The notes below the pieces were generated by a model. It saw only the letters and a program-made list of their open reading frames with translations, did no database searches and was not told the DNA's origin. Position numbers and translations under genes: made by a program. From Octopus vulgaris (Eukaryota), in the NCBI GenBank assembly GCA_951406725.2, contig OX597825.1, positions 59,148,001-59,212,000 of the forward strand: DNA of 64,000 nt, in the 5' to 3' direction. Shown piece by piece: positions 62,527-64,000 of the stretch; positions within the stretch are counted from its first letter, which is position 1; each line of letters begins with the position of its first letter.

Positions 62527-62951
62527 TCCATAATTGCAAAAGTATATTTCTAAAGTTGCTAGTCTTATGCCTGGGTAACACTCTAGAAACAATAATCTCT
62601 CACCAGGTTTGCGGACGGATATTAGAAACAGGGTATAAACTATACTAAATAGGGTATAAACTGAAAAAAAAAAGTGCTAAAATAAATGTCTGTCAGTAAG
62701 TGCCCTCATAAGATGAATCTGTGACACTCTTGAGTAGTGGTTCTTGACCAGGGTCCAATGGCCCTTGGGGTTCACATAAGATTTTGCTATTAAAATTTAT
62801 GTGCAATAAATCGGTTACATCAGATGTTCTTACAAAAATTGGAAGCATATATGGTTGTTATTTTAAGGCATCTACAGATTGTAAAGACCTGTCTAAACTA
62901 ACTGTACTTTATTTACATTATTTACATTTGACAGATATTTGTCCTCATCTT

Positions 62952-62995
62952 ACACAACGTTTCGGCTGATATACAATCCAGCCTTCATCAGGTGT
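62952..62995 (-). ncRNA. Minimal type I hammerhead ribozyme motif in a Penelope-like remnant (~62905-63058)
   Basis: Minus strand reads ACAC-CTGATGA-A-GGCTG-gattgtatat-CAGCC-GAAAC-GTT-GTGT. Core intact, 5-bp helix II, 4-bp helix I, palindromic AACGTT helix III. Transcription unknown. Confidence 0.75.
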
Positions 62996-63847
62996 CTTAT
63001 GGACATTTTGAACCTGGGGTCTCATTCCTAAGGTAATTTTCAATGTTATTATTATTAGTCAACACACACACTGACACACCATTTTGCTGTCATGGCCGTA
63101 AAGACAGAAAGTTGCCGATGCGTAATGTTGTTGACATTAGGATATAATTGTAAGCGAAAGACTAAAAGTGAAACAATATTATAGTCTTATTCCATTAGAA
63201 TTAAAAGTGAAGTAATATTATATCACATTACAATATAGATGTTATTCTTTCACTTTTGACGTGTAATACCAAACCAGTACCAATATTGAATTTGTCTTAA
63301 TGAAAAAATAAATTACATGTTGACACTCATGGGGTCTGACACTATTACTATGTAAAATTTGATTTGATTTGGTTGAACCATTTGAGAATGAATTTGGGAA
63401 GAGACAGACAGAGAGACAAAGAATTTTATATATTTATATAGATAGATGAGTGAAATTCTAAGATTTGTTTTTTTAACATTTGGTGACAGCTGACAAGGAA
63501 TTTAGATAGATATAAGGGTGGAAGTAAATGTGACAGAGTAAGAAAACTGAGAAGGAGATAGAACTGAGGGTAAATAGGGAGAAAGAAGAGTAGAAATACA
63601 AAAGAAAAGGGAGAAGAGAATGGGAAGAATATGGAAATATATCAATAATAGGGGAGGGAGAGGGTAGAGATAGAGCTATGAGAAAGAAATAAAAGTAGGA
63701 AGTAAGAAATTAATTGATTGCAAACAGTAGGTGTAATGGCATAATTTGAAATGTGTATGGCATAATTACTCACATAAAGATTACATTTTGGTCTGTTAAT
63801 CAGGCAATATAGGTTCAATTGTGACAGGGCAATTTTCATTTGTGTGT

Positions 63848-64000
63848 GTTTACTCTTTTACTTGTTTCAGTTATTTGGCTGTGGCCATGCTGGAGCACCG
63901 CCTTTAGTTGAGCAAATTGACCCCAGGACTTATTCTTTGTAAGCCTAGTACTTATTCTATCGGTCTCTTTTGCCGAACCACTAAGTTACGGGGATGTAAA
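63848..64000 (-). mobile_element. SINE family C 3' part, cut by the window edge
   Basis: TTTACTCTTTTACTTGTTTCAG...GGCCATGCTGGAGCACCGCCTTTAG. Confidence 0.9.

Overview
AT-rich eukaryotic DNA dominated by repeats, with no host protein-coding gene, rRNA, intact tRNA or CRISPR array that I can support. The SINE repertoire and the density of (TA)n/(CA)n/(GA)n tracts match what I recall of Octopus genomes, so this is probably intronic or intergenic octopus DNA (recognition from memory, not a search). Nearly all ORFs in the supplied track are microsatellite or SINE artefacts. The window holds dozens of SINE copies from at least 5 families (several with target-site duplications), two families of TTAA-flanked piggyBac-type MITEs, an internally deleted mariner (40884-41446), an internally deleted DD37D/maT element (54656-55515), a non-autonomous Helitron (50233-50616), RTE LINE fragments and a possible CRE-clade fragment. 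The most interesting layer is a set of minimal hammerhead-ribozyme (HHR) motifs of the Penelope-like-element (PLE) type: one with an intact core (62952-62995, minus), a three-copy family in which two copies carry a U-for-A6 core change, and long hairpins with HHR-like cores at or near the loop. Also notable are SINE head/tail module shuffling, a SINE tandem unit bounded by GT...AG, and many closely spaced inverted repeats that could form dsRNA.
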